This document shows positions 17,102 to 26,577 of a DNA stretch of 64,000 nucleotides, piece by piece. The position numbers and the translations under genes were made by a program. Within the stretch, counting starts at the first letter, position 1. Each line of letters begins with the position of its first letter. The DNA comes from Dehalococcoidia bacterium (GTDB taxonomy: Bacteria > Chloroflexota > Dehalococcoidia > GIF9 > UBA5629): assembly GCA_050011565.1 (NCBI GenBank), contig JBEKIW010000003.1, positions 28,137 to 92,136 of the forward strand, given 5' to 3'. The notes below the pieces were generated by a model. That model worked only from the letters and a program-made list of their open reading frames with translations. It was not told the origin of the DNA and did no database searches.

Positions 17102-17488
17102 TTAAGTAGGACGAATCGCTTCCTTTGGTTGTCTGCGAGCCAGGACTATACTGCCGATTATTCCTGTCAGGAAAGCCAGCAGAATAACGTATAAGATAAG
17201 GTTAGCCATCGTTTCAGGAACGAGCTCAAGAAATACAAAACCGATAGGGATAGCAATAGGAGCAGCTCCTGTCATTATCAAGAAGGTCCTGAGCAAACCT
17301 GCCACCTTTCCTTTCAAAGTCAAAACTAGCAACGCTATCCCGAGGAAGAAGAACAAAGCAAAAACCAGAAGGGGTAAAAAGGCCATATAAGTAAGAGTCC
17401 ATTGTCCCACGGCTGGAATGAAATTCACTGCCAGGACTAAAAAATCTCCGACCAGTGCCCAGAATACCGGCCAAATTGCTTTCTTCAT
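17102..17488 (-). CDS. membrane protein (4 TM)
   Basis: Hydrophobic 128-aa ORF. Its 3' end is duplicated at 16655-16714. Confidence 0.55.
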   Translation of the reverse strand: MKKAIWPVFWALVGDFLVLAVNFIPAVGQWTLTYMAFLPLLVFALFFFLGIALLVLTLKGKVAGLLRTFLIMTGAAPIAIPIGFVFLELVPETMANLILYVILLAFLTGIIGSIVLARRQPKEAIRPT

Positions 17489-17810
17489 CTTCTCACCTAC
17501 TTTTTCACCGATTTCACGTGTTCGTACTTGAGTTTAGTCCCTATCCTGAAACACTGTCAATGCCCTAAAAACGGGATGAACCCACTGTGCCTCTTATCGG
17601 CGACAACATCCAATTTGAAGTATCCCTGTGAAGTTGACCCTACTAAACAAAAGCCGACCGCCTACTCCTGGGGCTATTGTGCTTGTGGACTCACTCGAGA
17701 AGTGATATAAGTACTGGGCGTAGGTCAGCACATTCTGGCTCAGACTTGTCATTTGGCCTAGACGAAATAGGACCCAAATCAACAAAATGTGATGGTTGGG
17801 AGAGGGAGTA

Positions 17811-20267
17811 ATGGAAAAACAATACTATGACATGGCGATTCTTGTATTACCTGCTTTAGGTGCACTTTTACTAGCCTGGGCAAGTATCCCTAGGGGATGG
17901 AATAGGAAAACATGCGTGGCGCTAGTTGGGGCGCAACTGATTCTTGTTGCTTTTATGATGGCCTATTACAAAACATATATTTCTTTACATGAGAATCTTA
18001 AAACCGGATTTTGGTTTCTTGTGGGCCTTTATATAGTGGCAGTCGTCATTATTATCGTCCAGCCCTGGAAAATAATAATGAAAAGAAAAACTGCAAAAAT
18101 TTCGAGTTCCATAGATGAAGCTCCAAATGCTATCTCTCCTACGCTGTTAGTAGATGAACCAATATTGCTAGAAGAACAAGACAGACTTAATAGGAACAAA
18201 TTTGTGGAGCAATTCGCCCAAACACTAGTAGGACATCGTGGCAATTCTTGTCTAATTGCCGCCTTGCATGGTCCATGGGGCAGCGGTAAATCTTCATTGC
18301 TCAATCTTATAGAGGATCAGTTGAACAACTCATCAGCAACAAATGACTACATTGTCATCAGGTTCAATCCATGGAATATCTCCAGCCTTGACCAGCTAAT
18401 AACAATGTTTTTCCATGAACTAAAAGTAGCAGTCCAAGGCAAGCAGCAATTCAATGTGGATGGTGGCAAGACAGCCAAGCTGCTAGACATATTTAGTGGC
18501 ATATTGACGGTCAGCACGCTTTCACCTGTCGGTAGTCAATACTTTGCAGTAGGCGCAGAGGCGGTTAAAAAGGCGGGCAGAGTTATCAAGGATAATAGAA
18601 CCAAGTCACTTGTTGAAATAAAAAAACAACTCGATAAGGAGCTATCCAAAGCAGCAAAACGTATATTTGTTCTGATAGACGACATTGATCGCCTAGACGA
18701 AGAAGCCGCTAGATTGCTTTTCAGAATGATTCGGCTAAATGCTGATTTTAAGAATACTACTTATTTACTGGCATTTGACTTAGATGTAGTGACAGACCTA
18801 ATCGCGAAAGACCAGCCAAAACACGGCAAGGAATACCTTGAGAAGATAATACAACTTCCTGTACATATTCCGAAAATTGACGATGCGGTTCTTCAAGCTC
18901 TCCTAGTAGAAGAACTCGATGTTTTCGTCAACAAATATGACGGCGATAAATTTGATAAAACATATCAAATAAGATGGCAAGAATTACTTGTAGAAGGGAG
19001 ATTTTTCAAATTATTCAGGACAATAAGAGATATCGTCAGATATAGTAACGGCCTCAACTTGAACTACGCACTAATATCTGATGAAGTCAACATGGTGGAT
19101 TTTATGGCACTAGAAGGCATTCGCATATTTGCGCCGCAGTCTTATGATCAAATCCGTCGTAATAAAGCAATCATCACAAGGACTAGCACTACTGGAATCC
19201 TACAGCCGAAAGAAGACATAGCGACAACAAAAACAATACTAGAAAAGATATTTAATCCAGCGTCGTCAGATAACACTGAAAGAGGCAAGATAGTTGAGGA
19301 TGTCTGTAAGGTGCTATTCCCACAATTAGGAAGAATATACGCAAATTTTGATTTCAGTAATTCTCAGCAGGAGTGGAGACAACAAAAGCGAATCTGCTCA
19401 GAAGAAGTATTCGAGAGATATTTCATGCTTGGCATTCCAAAGGGAGAAATCTCTGAAGAAGAAATGAAGACAACATTGGCATTAGGCAATGACCATCTGA
19501 AATTTGCCGAAGCCCTAAATGAGTTGTTTGAGAGGAAGCTAGGGAAGCGCTTCCTGGAGCGCTTCGAGGACTATATCGGCGAAGTGCAAGAGGAAAATAT
19601 CCTGGAAACCATACTTGGTCTATTTGAGATTGAAGAGAGGATAGTATCCGAACCCAGAGGTATGCTGCAAGCTGGTGCTGACTACCAAGCTGCTAGATTA
19701 GCATACCTACTACTCAAGAGGATTCGAGAGAAGACTCAACGAAAGAATACAATCATAGATGCAATCAACAAAACATCCAAAATATTCTCACCTGTCCATT
19801 TTGTATCTCTCATTAGTCCTGATAGCACAGAGGATGCTCCAAGGAATGAAGCACGGGTAGAACTCGAATTGTCGCAAGAAGACTCTTTCGAGTTACATAA
19901 TTTATGTGTAACAAAGATTAAGACAGCTGCTGTGTCAGGTGAGCTATCGAAATCACCACATTTAGGCATGATAATGTATAGATGGCATGACTGGGGAAAT
20001 GCTGATGAAGTTAAAGAATATGCTAGAAAACTTGTTGAAACAGATGAAGGAGTAATAGATTTTCTTGTTGGAGTAACAATTGAAGTATTGTCCTCTAGTA
20101 CGGGACGCCGAGCCGAGATACAGCAGAAGGATATTTCCGCCTTCATAGATATTGAACTCATTAAGACAAGAGTCGCACAGATCAAAGAAACTGAGTGGGA
20201 GAAGTTGAACAATATTCAACAAGAAGCAGTTGATGCTTTTCTAAGAAGCATGTCACCAGATGAATGA
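17811..20267 (+). CDS. KAP-family P-loop NTPase with three N-terminal TM helices
   Basis: Walker A GPWGSGKSSLLN (the KAP-type GxWGxGKS pattern) and Walker B IFVLIDDIDRLD. ATG 17811 follows GGGAGAGGGAG. Lower GC than the surrounding sequence. Confidence 0.8.
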   Translation: MEKQYYDMAILVLPALGALLLAWASIPRGWNRKTCVALVGAQLILVAFMMAYYKTYISLHENLKTGFWFLVGLYIVAVVIIIVQPWKIIMKRKTAKISSSIDEAPNAISPTLLVDEPILLEEQDRLNRNKFVEQFAQTLVGHRGNSCLIAALHGPWGSGKSSLLNLIEDQLNNSSATNDYIVIRFNPWNISSLDQLITMFFHELKVAVQGKQQFNVDGGKTAKLLDIFSGILTVSTLSPVGSQYFAVGAEAVKKAGRVIKDNRTKSLVEIKKQLDKELSKAAKRIFVLIDDIDRLDEEAARLLFRMIRLNADFKNTTYLLAFDLDVVTDLIAKDQPKHGKEYLEKIIQLPVHIPKIDDAVLQALLVEELDVFVNKYDGDKFDKTYQIRWQELLVEGRFFKLFRTIRDIVRYSNGLNLNYALISDEVNMVDFMALEGIRIFAPQSYDQIRRNKAIITRTSTTGILQPKEDIATTKTILEKIFNPASSDNTERGKIVEDVCKVLFPQLGRIYANFDFSNSQQEWRQQKRICSEEVFERYFMLGIPKGEISEEEMKTTLALGNDHLKFAEALNELFERKLGKRFLERFEDYIGEVQEENILETILGLFEIEERIVSEPRGMLQAGADYQAARLAYLLLKRIREKTQRKNTIIDAINKTSKIFSPVHFVSLISPDSTEDAPRNEARVELELSQEDSFELHNLCVTKIKTAAVSGELSKSPHLGMIMYRWHDWGNADEVKEYARKLVETDEGVIDFLVGVTIEVLSSSTGRRAEIQQKDISAFIDIELIKTRVAQIKETEWEKLNNIQQEAVDAFLRSMSPDE

Positions 20268-20671
20268 TTTCGATTAACGAATTTTCCCTACCATAATGAC
20301 CGATTAAACGAACACGATGCTACGCAGCTAATGCTGCAGCAAGTTCTTTGGCCGGAGCTTTGCACGCCGGCACCGGTGAGCCTCTTGGCATTGTGGACCA
20401 GCCGGAGGATTTGGGGGCTGATGTTACCTTTGAAAAGCCGTTCTAGCCCAGCCTAGGTGTAGACGGGATGGCCCTGGGGTATGCTCAGGACTTTCTCGTC
20501 CTGGGCGATGACTAAGTGTTCCCCAGCACCAACTGAACACTGTACTACCACTATTAAAGTGACAATGAAATCAACTTATTATTGCACATTCCGTCATTTT
20601 GTTTAGTATCGCATTTCATTCCGTCGTTTTTCGTTTGCCCCGTACGAGCCAGACTGCTATACTAACCAATC

Positions 20672-20911
20672 GTGGACTACGAGATTGTTATCGGGCTGGA
20701 GGTGCATGCCCAGCTATTGACTAAGAGCAAGATGTACTGCTCCTGCAGCGCTGATTATGCCAATGCGCCGCCTAATACACACGTCTGCCCCATCTGCCTG
20801 GATATGCCTGGAGTGCTGCCCACAATCAACCAGATGGCTCACAAAGCGCCAGGATGTCAATCTGACTTCAGGCTGTCGGGCAAGCTATATGAGAGACCAC
20901 AGTTTGTCTAG
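20672..20911 (+). pseudogene. 5' fragment of gatB (duplicate of 23792-23953), with its promoter retained
   Basis: The first 54 codons ([47 protein letters not shown]) match the gatB N-terminus, then the sequence diverges and stops. Upstream similarity runs from about 20595. Confidence 0.8.
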
Positions 20912-20949
20912 TTTAACCAAATATTGAGTATACTATCCTATGTTTCCTG

Positions 20950-23532
20950 TTATTCACCTGGTTTCAAGACAAGCTGGTCAACTGCGGCTTTCTCTACTTG
21001 TTCCCGTGTCCAAAGCATCGGATGATATTTTATGTTGCGCCAGAGGTCAATCATATCGTCATAATGCTGGCTATATGGATGACCGCTCTGCCCGGTAGTG
21101 TGAATGGTAACACTATTTGTGAAGTCGCTCAGGTCAACAATCATGCGCATAGACGGCACCCATTTTACCGAAAAGTCGCCGGAGTCAGTGTACCATACGG
21201 TGTTATTCACAGTGCCTGTACTGCCGCCGGTTGGAAATGGGCCACGATTAACCATTTTCTCAATCAAACCGATGCCACTCTGCCCCAATGGATTACTGAC
21301 AAAGACCGCTTTATGAAGGTCGCCCCATCTCCAGTTAGTACGGTCTTTGCCCAGCGATGCCACAGTGCTGTAATAAGCTTCACTAAAAGAGCGAACCAGT
21401 ATATCATCACGCGTTTCGACCATATCTTTGGTTGTTATGTCATCCCACCAGGCATTATTTGGCTCAGCCATTAACAGAAACACTGCCCACATTTCCCTAC
21501 CTCCGCCATGAATTATCATTTCTTTAGTCAATTGGTCATCGAACAGGTTGTTGACCAATTTCGCCCAGAATTCGGCATAAAGTGCAGCTTGCGGGTTGTC
21601 CATGTCACACTGAAAATTCCATTTAAGCAGCCAATCGCGAGCTTCAGTCAGCTCAGCGTTATCGAACTTCAGATTTGCGAGGTACGGTAACAACTCCTCT
21701 GCGCTAATAAGTTTATTATCACCTTGAATAGCCTCAAAGGTGGCAATGGTATGAGGTGCCTTCTCTTTCAGCAATTCAACAGCTCTTTGGGCTCTATAGC
21801 CGTAATCCCATTCACTGCTGATGGTATAATTTAGCCCCTCACCTAGCTTTGTCGCTAGCTGGTCATAATATTCCGGCGGGACCACAGCCTGGTTTGATGT
21901 AGCAATGTAACCACGTTCCGGGTTAAAAATACGGGGTAAATCATCGAAAGGAATAAAGCCCTTCCACTCAAACTCATCAGTCCAGCCTGGGGAAGGCACC
22001 AGCCCGCTGTCATTCTTGGCGCGTATTGGAATACGCCCGGGCGTCTGGTAACCGATATTGCCCTTAACATCTGCATAAACAAAGTTCTGTGCTGGAACAT
22101 CCCAATACCGCAGAGCGTTGCGGAATTCCTCCCAGTTGGTAGCCATATTTAATTGTGTAATCGACTGCATCAGTGTGCTCGGTTCCAGAGCCGTCCAGCG
22201 CAATGCCAGCGGGTCTTCATTATTGAAGCCCGTGATGTTGCCAGTTTGTTTATCTATTTTGTTATCATTAATGATTGGGCCAAGATGCGTTTCACGCACT
22301 TTGACAGTGATTGGTTCTTTGCCATCTCCAAACATAATAGTTTCCTCGCGCAATGTCATGTCACGCCATTTACCGTTCCACTCATATTGGAGCGGATTAG
22401 CTGGATTAACATGAATGCTATACAAATCAAAAACATCGGGGCCGACGTTGGTCACCCCCCAAGCAATAGAGTTGTTGTGCCCTATTATGACTCCCGGCGT
22501 AACCGCAAATGTAAAGCCCACTATATCCAAAGCGGATTCTCCATTGGCGGGGCGATAGTGCAAGCCGATTTCATACCAGATAGATGGCATCTGAATGCCA
22601 AGGTGAGGGTCATTAGCTAGTAGCGGCATACCGCTTTTCGTCATCTTGCCGCTAACTACCCAGTTATTGCTACCTATGCCTTCACCTGGGTCGAATACCA
22701 GACTAATTGAGGGCAACGGATTATTGGCAACCAGCATGCCCGTATCAGTGCATTTCTTTTCACCCGCAATTTGAGCATTTCCTGTTCGGCCAGAGATAGG
22801 CAAATCCTCCGGTTGGACTATAGTCGGCCTGGTGCCGTAGGGCCAGGGTGGCGTTAACAACTGGTCAGCCATCTCCTGCCCCAGAAGTTCGTAGAGCGTG
22901 GCACGGTCCTCCTCATTGTTCTCACTAGGTCCCAAATCCCACGCCATCATTTTGGCAAATACTAAGGAGTCAACGGGTGTCCACGGCTCAATTTTTATTT
23001 TAATACCTGTAAGCCCGAGTATACTGTATTCCAAGGCCAGCTTACCTGGCTCACGGTTCATAATGTAAGCATTGACGCCATCAGTAAAAGCTTGTAAGCG
23101 GGTTAGAGCCTCCTTGTCACAGACTTTTACTTCTTGCTCAGCCACCTGCCGCCAACCGAGGGTACGAATAAAGATATCTGTACTAAGTACGCTGTCTTTT
23201 TTACCGACCAGTTCTTCGATTTTGCCACTGCCAACATGGCGCCAGAACTCCATCTGCCACCATCGGTCCTGAGCCTGTGTGTATCCTTGAGCGAAGAACA
23301 GGTCATGCATATTGTTGGCATAGATATGTGGAATACCCCACTCATCACGCAAGATTTCCACAGTATCCTGTAGCCCGGCCACGTTTAATTCCCCATTATG
23401 CTGCGGTAGCGGTGCCCTGGTCACGTTGTAAAACCAGGCGTAGCCAGCAATCACGGGCAGTATGATAATAACCCCAATAATTGGTAAAACAATTTGAACA
23501 ATCTTCTTAGAGCGAGCTTTTTTCATCATCAA
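20950..23532 (-). CDS. penicillin acylase-family Ntn hydrolase (possible acyl-homoserine-lactone or beta-lactam acylase), N-terminally membrane-anchored
   Basis: GIGSNNWVVSG..LLANDPHL, the autoprocessing Ser-Asn-Asn site. 860 aa with an N-terminal TM helix. Confidence 0.85.
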   Translation of the reverse strand: MMMKKARSKKIVQIVLPIIGVIIILPVIAGYAWFYNVTRAPLPQHNGELNVAGLQDTVEILRDEWGIPHIYANNMHDLFFAQGYTQAQDRWWQMEFWRHVGSGKIEELVGKKDSVLSTDIFIRTLGWRQVAEQEVKVCDKEALTRLQAFTDGVNAYIMNREPGKLALEYSILGLTGIKIKIEPWTPVDSLVFAKMMAWDLGPSENNEEDRATLYELLGQEMADQLLTPPWPYGTRPTIVQPEDLPISGRTGNAQIAGEKKCTDTGMLVANNPLPSISLVFDPGEGIGSNNWVVSGKMTKSGMPLLANDPHLGIQMPSIWYEIGLHYRPANGESALDIVGFTFAVTPGVIIGHNNSIAWGVTNVGPDVFDLYSIHVNPANPLQYEWNGKWRDMTLREETIMFGDGKEPITVKVRETHLGPIINDNKIDKQTGNITGFNNEDPLALRWTALEPSTLMQSITQLNMATNWEEFRNALRYWDVPAQNFVYADVKGNIGYQTPGRIPIRAKNDSGLVPSPGWTDEFEWKGFIPFDDLPRIFNPERGYIATSNQAVVPPEYYDQLATKLGEGLNYTISSEWDYGYRAQRAVELLKEKAPHTIATFEAIQGDNKLISAEELLPYLANLKFDNAELTEARDWLLKWNFQCDMDNPQAALYAEFWAKLVNNLFDDQLTKEMIIHGGGREMWAVFLLMAEPNNAWWDDITTKDMVETRDDILVRSFSEAYYSTVASLGKDRTNWRWGDLHKAVFVSNPLGQSGIGLIEKMVNRGPFPTGGSTGTVNNTVWYTDSGDFSVKWVPSMRMIVDLSDFTNSVTIHTTGQSGHPYSQHYDDMIDLWRNIKYHPMLWTREQVEKAAVDQLVLKPGE

Positions 23533-23752
23533 CCTCCTTTATAATAGCAATCCCAGGCCTTTTTAAAAGATGCAAAGCTTGCTTTTTGCCCATTCTAATC
23601 AATTCGCTTTGCCATTACAATTATCCAACATCAAAAATCATTGCTTCCGAGAAACACTTAGACCGATTGCGCACAAACACGCTATCTTGTGCAGCCTCTC
23701 ATAACGACCCGTCATCTTATTTAATGACGCACTTTACGCCGTCGCTAATCGT

Positions 23753-23781
23753 TTGCCTCATACAAGCTGGACTGCTATACT
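23753..23781 (+). promoter_or_regulatory. candidate gatB promoter giving a near-leaderless mRNA
   Basis: TTGCCT, a 17-nt spacer, then TATACT (23776-23781). The GTG start at 23792 is only 10 nt after the -10 box and no SD is present. Confidence 0.35.
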
Positions 23782-23791
23782 AACCGACGTT

Positions 23792-25264
23792 GTGGACTAC
23801 GAGATTATCATAGGGCTGGAGGTGCATGCCCAACTGCTGACCAAGAGCAAGATGTACTGCTCCTGCAGCGCCGATTATGCCAATGCGCCGCCTAATACAC
23901 ACGTCTGCCCCATCTGCCTGGGTATGCCCGGCGTGCTGCCCACAATCAACGAGAAGGCGATAGAATATACGGTGATGACTGCCCTGGCCCTCAACTGCAC
24001 CATCGCCGAACATGCCAAGTTCGACCGCAAGAACTATCCTTACCCCGATTTGATGAAGGGCTATCAAATTTCACAGTACGATGCGCCAATGAGTAAGAAC
24101 GGCTGGCTGATGATTGACCTCGACGGCAACAAAAAGAGAATCGGCATTACACGCGTGCACCTGGAAGAGGACGTGGCCAAGCTGACTCACTGCACCTCGC
24201 CGGAGGGCGAAACTTACAGCCTGGTGGACGTCAACCGCTCCGGCGTGCCATTGATGGAAATCGTCGGCGAGCCGGATATCAGCTCACCGGAGGAGGCCAG
24301 GCAGTACCTGATGAAGCTGCGCACTATTCTCCAGTACCTGGGCGTGTCCACAGGCAATATGGAAGAGGGGAGCTTCAGATGTGATGCCAATATCAGCATC
24401 CGCCCCAGGGGTACCAAGGAATATCTGTCCAAGGTAGAGGTCAAGAACATGAATAGCTTCAAAGCCGTCTACCGGGCGCTGGACTATGAGGCTAAACGCC
24501 AGCACGAGGTGCTGGAAAAAGGCGGTAAGCTGGTGCAGGAGACGCGCGGCTGGGTAGAACCGAAAGGCATAACCGTGAGTCAGAGAAGCAAGGAATATGC
24601 ACATGACTACCGCTACTTTCCCGAGCCTGATTTGCCGCCGCTGGTCTTCAGCAAGAAATGGGTGGAGGAAATAAGGTCGCGACTGCCCGAGTTGCCCGAC
24701 GTCAGGCGGGACCGCTTTATGTCTCAGTACGGACTGCCGCTTTACGACGCCACCCTGCTGGTAGATTCCAAATCCATGGCTAACTACTTCGAGGATTGCG
24801 TTAAGCTGATGGGCGCTTCCAACGGGGCCGACCTGCCTAAAAAAGCAAAGACGGTAAGCAACTGGCTGCTGGGGGACTTTCTCAGGCTGCTCAACGCCAG
24901 CAATACCAGTATCGAGAATACCAGGGTCAGCCCCAAGCATCTGGCGGAGATGCTGAATTTGGCCGAAAAAGGAACGCTCAGCGGGCCGGCGGCTAAAGCC
25001 GTCTTCGAAGAGATGTTCCTCAGCGGCAAGAAAGCCGCAGACATCGTGGCCGAGAAGGGCTTGAGCCAGATAAGCAGCTCGGAGGAACTTGAGAAAATAG
25101 TGGCCGAGGTGATAGCCGGCAACAGCCAGGCGGTCTCTGACTATGCGTCAGGGAAGCCGCAGGCGCTGGCGTTTCTAATCGGCCAGGTGATGAAAGCTAC
25201 CAAGGGGCGGGCGAATCCCGCCACAGCCAGGGATATCCTGTTACATAAGCTCGGAGGGAAATAG
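23792..25264 (+). CDS. gatB: Asp-tRNA(Asn)/Glu-tRNA(Gln) amidotransferase subunit B
   Basis: [13 protein letters not shown]-terminus, with full-length GatB motifs and a C-terminal GatB_Yqey region. The GTG start is supported by alignment with the duplicated stub. The ORF-track start at 23753 coincides with the -35 box. Confidence 0.9.
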   Translation: MDYEIIIGLEVHAQLLTKSKMYCSCSADYANAPPNTHVCPICLGMPGVLPTINEKAIEYTVMTALALNCTIAEHAKFDRKNYPYPDLMKGYQISQYDAPMSKNGWLMIDLDGNKKRIGITRVHLEEDVAKLTHCTSPEGETYSLVDVNRSGVPLMEIVGEPDISSPEEARQYLMKLRTILQYLGVSTGNMEEGSFRCDANISIRPRGTKEYLSKVEVKNMNSFKAVYRALDYEAKRQHEVLEKGGKLVQETRGWVEPKGITVSQRSKEYAHDYRYFPEPDLPPLVFSKKWVEEIRSRLPELPDVRRDRFMSQYGLPLYDATLLVDSKSMANYFEDCVKLMGASNGADLPKKAKTVSNWLLGDFLRLLNASNTSIENTRVSPKHLAEMLNLAEKGTLSGPAAKAVFEEMFLSGKKAADIVAEKGLSQISSSEELEKIVAEVIAGNSQAVSDYASGKPQALAFLIGQVMKATKGRANPATARDILLHKLGGK

Positions 25265-25265
25265 A

Positions 25266-25484
25266 ATGACTACTTATTTACTTATTGCCCAGTGCGTGGT
25301 CGCTGCAGCCATGATTGCCGTAGTTACCATGCAGGTGCGCGGCGGCGGGCTGGGAGGTATTTTCGGACAGCCGGAAAGCGTCTACCGGACGCGGCGCGGC
25401 GTTGAGAAAAGCCTGTTCCAGTTCACCATCGGCTTGACCATTATATTTGTCATACTCTGCGTCTGGATAGTGGCAATTGAGTAG
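25266..25484 (+). CDS. secG: preprotein translocase subunit SecG
   Basis: 72 aa with two TM helices flanking a Gly-rich loop (QVRGGGLGGIFG). Confidence 0.65.
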   Translation: MTTYLLIAQCVVAAAMIAVVTMQVRGGGLGGIFGQPESVYRTRRGVEKSLFQFTIGLTIIFVILCVWIVAIE

Positions 25485-25491
25485 TAAGATA

Positions 25492-25612
25492 TCACCCTCA
25501 CCCTCACCCTCACCCTCACCCTAACCCTATCCCGTACCCCTTATCCCAGCGGGAGTAAATCCTCGCTGGATGCCTGCCCACCCCACCTCCCAAGGGAGAG
25601 GGGATAAACCGG
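25492..25612. repeat. family A intergenic repeat (inverted orientation) beginning with (TCACCC)5
   Basis: Hexamer run at 25492-25521. The core tatcccagcgggagtaaatcctcgctggatgcctgcc is the reverse complement of the 8903-8939 core. Terminal hairpin module ctcccaagggagagggg. Confidence 0.75.
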
Positions 25613-25630
25613 TATACGGATAAGGAAGAT

Positions 25631-26461
25631 ATGGCTCCAGTCATCACTTTGACCACTGATTTCGGCACTAGCGATGCCTATGTGGCCAGTATGAAGGGCG
25701 TCATACTGAGCCTGAACCCCAAAGCGGTCATCGTCGATATCTCCCATGCCGTCGAACCACATAACGTCCTGCAGGCAGCCTTCATACTCAGCACCGCCTA
25801 TCCCTATTTCCCAAAAGGAACAATACATTTGGCCGTAGTCGACCCGGGCGTGGGCAGCCGGCGGAAAGCCATCATACTTAAAACGCCGGCAGCCTTCTTC
25901 GTGGCGCCGGATAACGGCATATTAAGCTACGTAATAGACGAGCACGGCAAAACACCGGGTAAGCCAGCCCGCCATATACCTGCCATCGCCGAACCGCGTA
26001 AACTACCGCCGGGTCTGGAGGCAATGGCTATAACCAACCCTGAATACTGGCATCACCCGGTAAGCAGCACCTTCCACGGGCGGGATATTTTCGCACCCGT
26101 GGCCGCCCACCTGTCGCTGGGCGTGCCGCTGCATAAGTTCGGAGACAGACTGAGTCAGGTTCACGTCTTCAATATACCACGACCCTACAAAAACGCCCAG
26201 GGCGACTTAATCGGCCGTGTGCTGCACGTAGACAACTTCGGCAACCTGATTACCAATATCAGGAGCAGCGATTTGCCAGCGGAAAAAGTTACCATAGCCA
26301 TCGGCAAGCAGTATATACATGGTATCAGCCAGTTCTACGCCGGGACGAAAGGTCTGGCAGCTATTACGGGCAGCAGCGGTTATCTGGAGATATCGCTGAA
26401 GAACGGCAGCGCCGCCGCATTTTTGAAGTCAAAGGCGGGGGACGAATTGAGGTTGGAATAA
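25631..26461 (+). CDS. SAM hydrolase / SAM-dependent halogenase family protein (DUF62)
   Basis: N-terminal ITLTTDFGTSDAYVASMKGV and HLAVVDPGVG motifs. Confidence 0.8.
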   Translation: MAPVITLTTDFGTSDAYVASMKGVILSLNPKAVIVDISHAVEPHNVLQAAFILSTAYPYFPKGTIHLAVVDPGVGSRRKAIILKTPAAFFVAPDNGILSYVIDEHGKTPGKPARHIPAIAEPRKLPPGLEAMAITNPEYWHHPVSSTFHGRDIFAPVAAHLSLGVPLHKFGDRLSQVHVFNIPRPYKNAQGDLIGRVLHVDNFGNLITNIRSSDLPAEKVTIAIGKQYIHGISQFYAGTKGLAAITGSSGYLEISLKNGSAAAFLKSKAGDELRLE

Positions 26462-26575
26462 AATCCCCCTTAATCCCCCTTTTTCTAAGGGGGAGATTTA
26501 TGGTGGACCTTTTCCAAAGGGGGAACAAAGCCTCTCCCTTTCATAAAGGGAGATTGAGAGGGATTTTTAATCTAG
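26462..26575. repeat. family B hairpin-module repeat
   Basis: aatcccccttaatccccctttttctaaggggga ... ctctccctttcataaagggagattgagagggattttt. Same orientation and order as 28712-28800. Confidence 0.75.
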
Positions 26576-26577
26576 TG

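Noticed and set aside
20268-20594. Non-coding stretch after the KAP gene. Minus-strand translation gives fragments such as ..LERLFKGNISPQILRLVHNAKRL.., hinting at a decayed transposase-like gene.
   Set aside because: The frames are broken by stops and I cannot assign the fragments to any family from memory. A tblastx/HMM search is needed.
25492-25527. (TCACCC)5 plus TAACCC, considered as a possible CRISPR or telomere-like array
   Set aside because: It is a simple hexamer microsatellite without spacers and forms part of the family A element tail. No cas genes are present.
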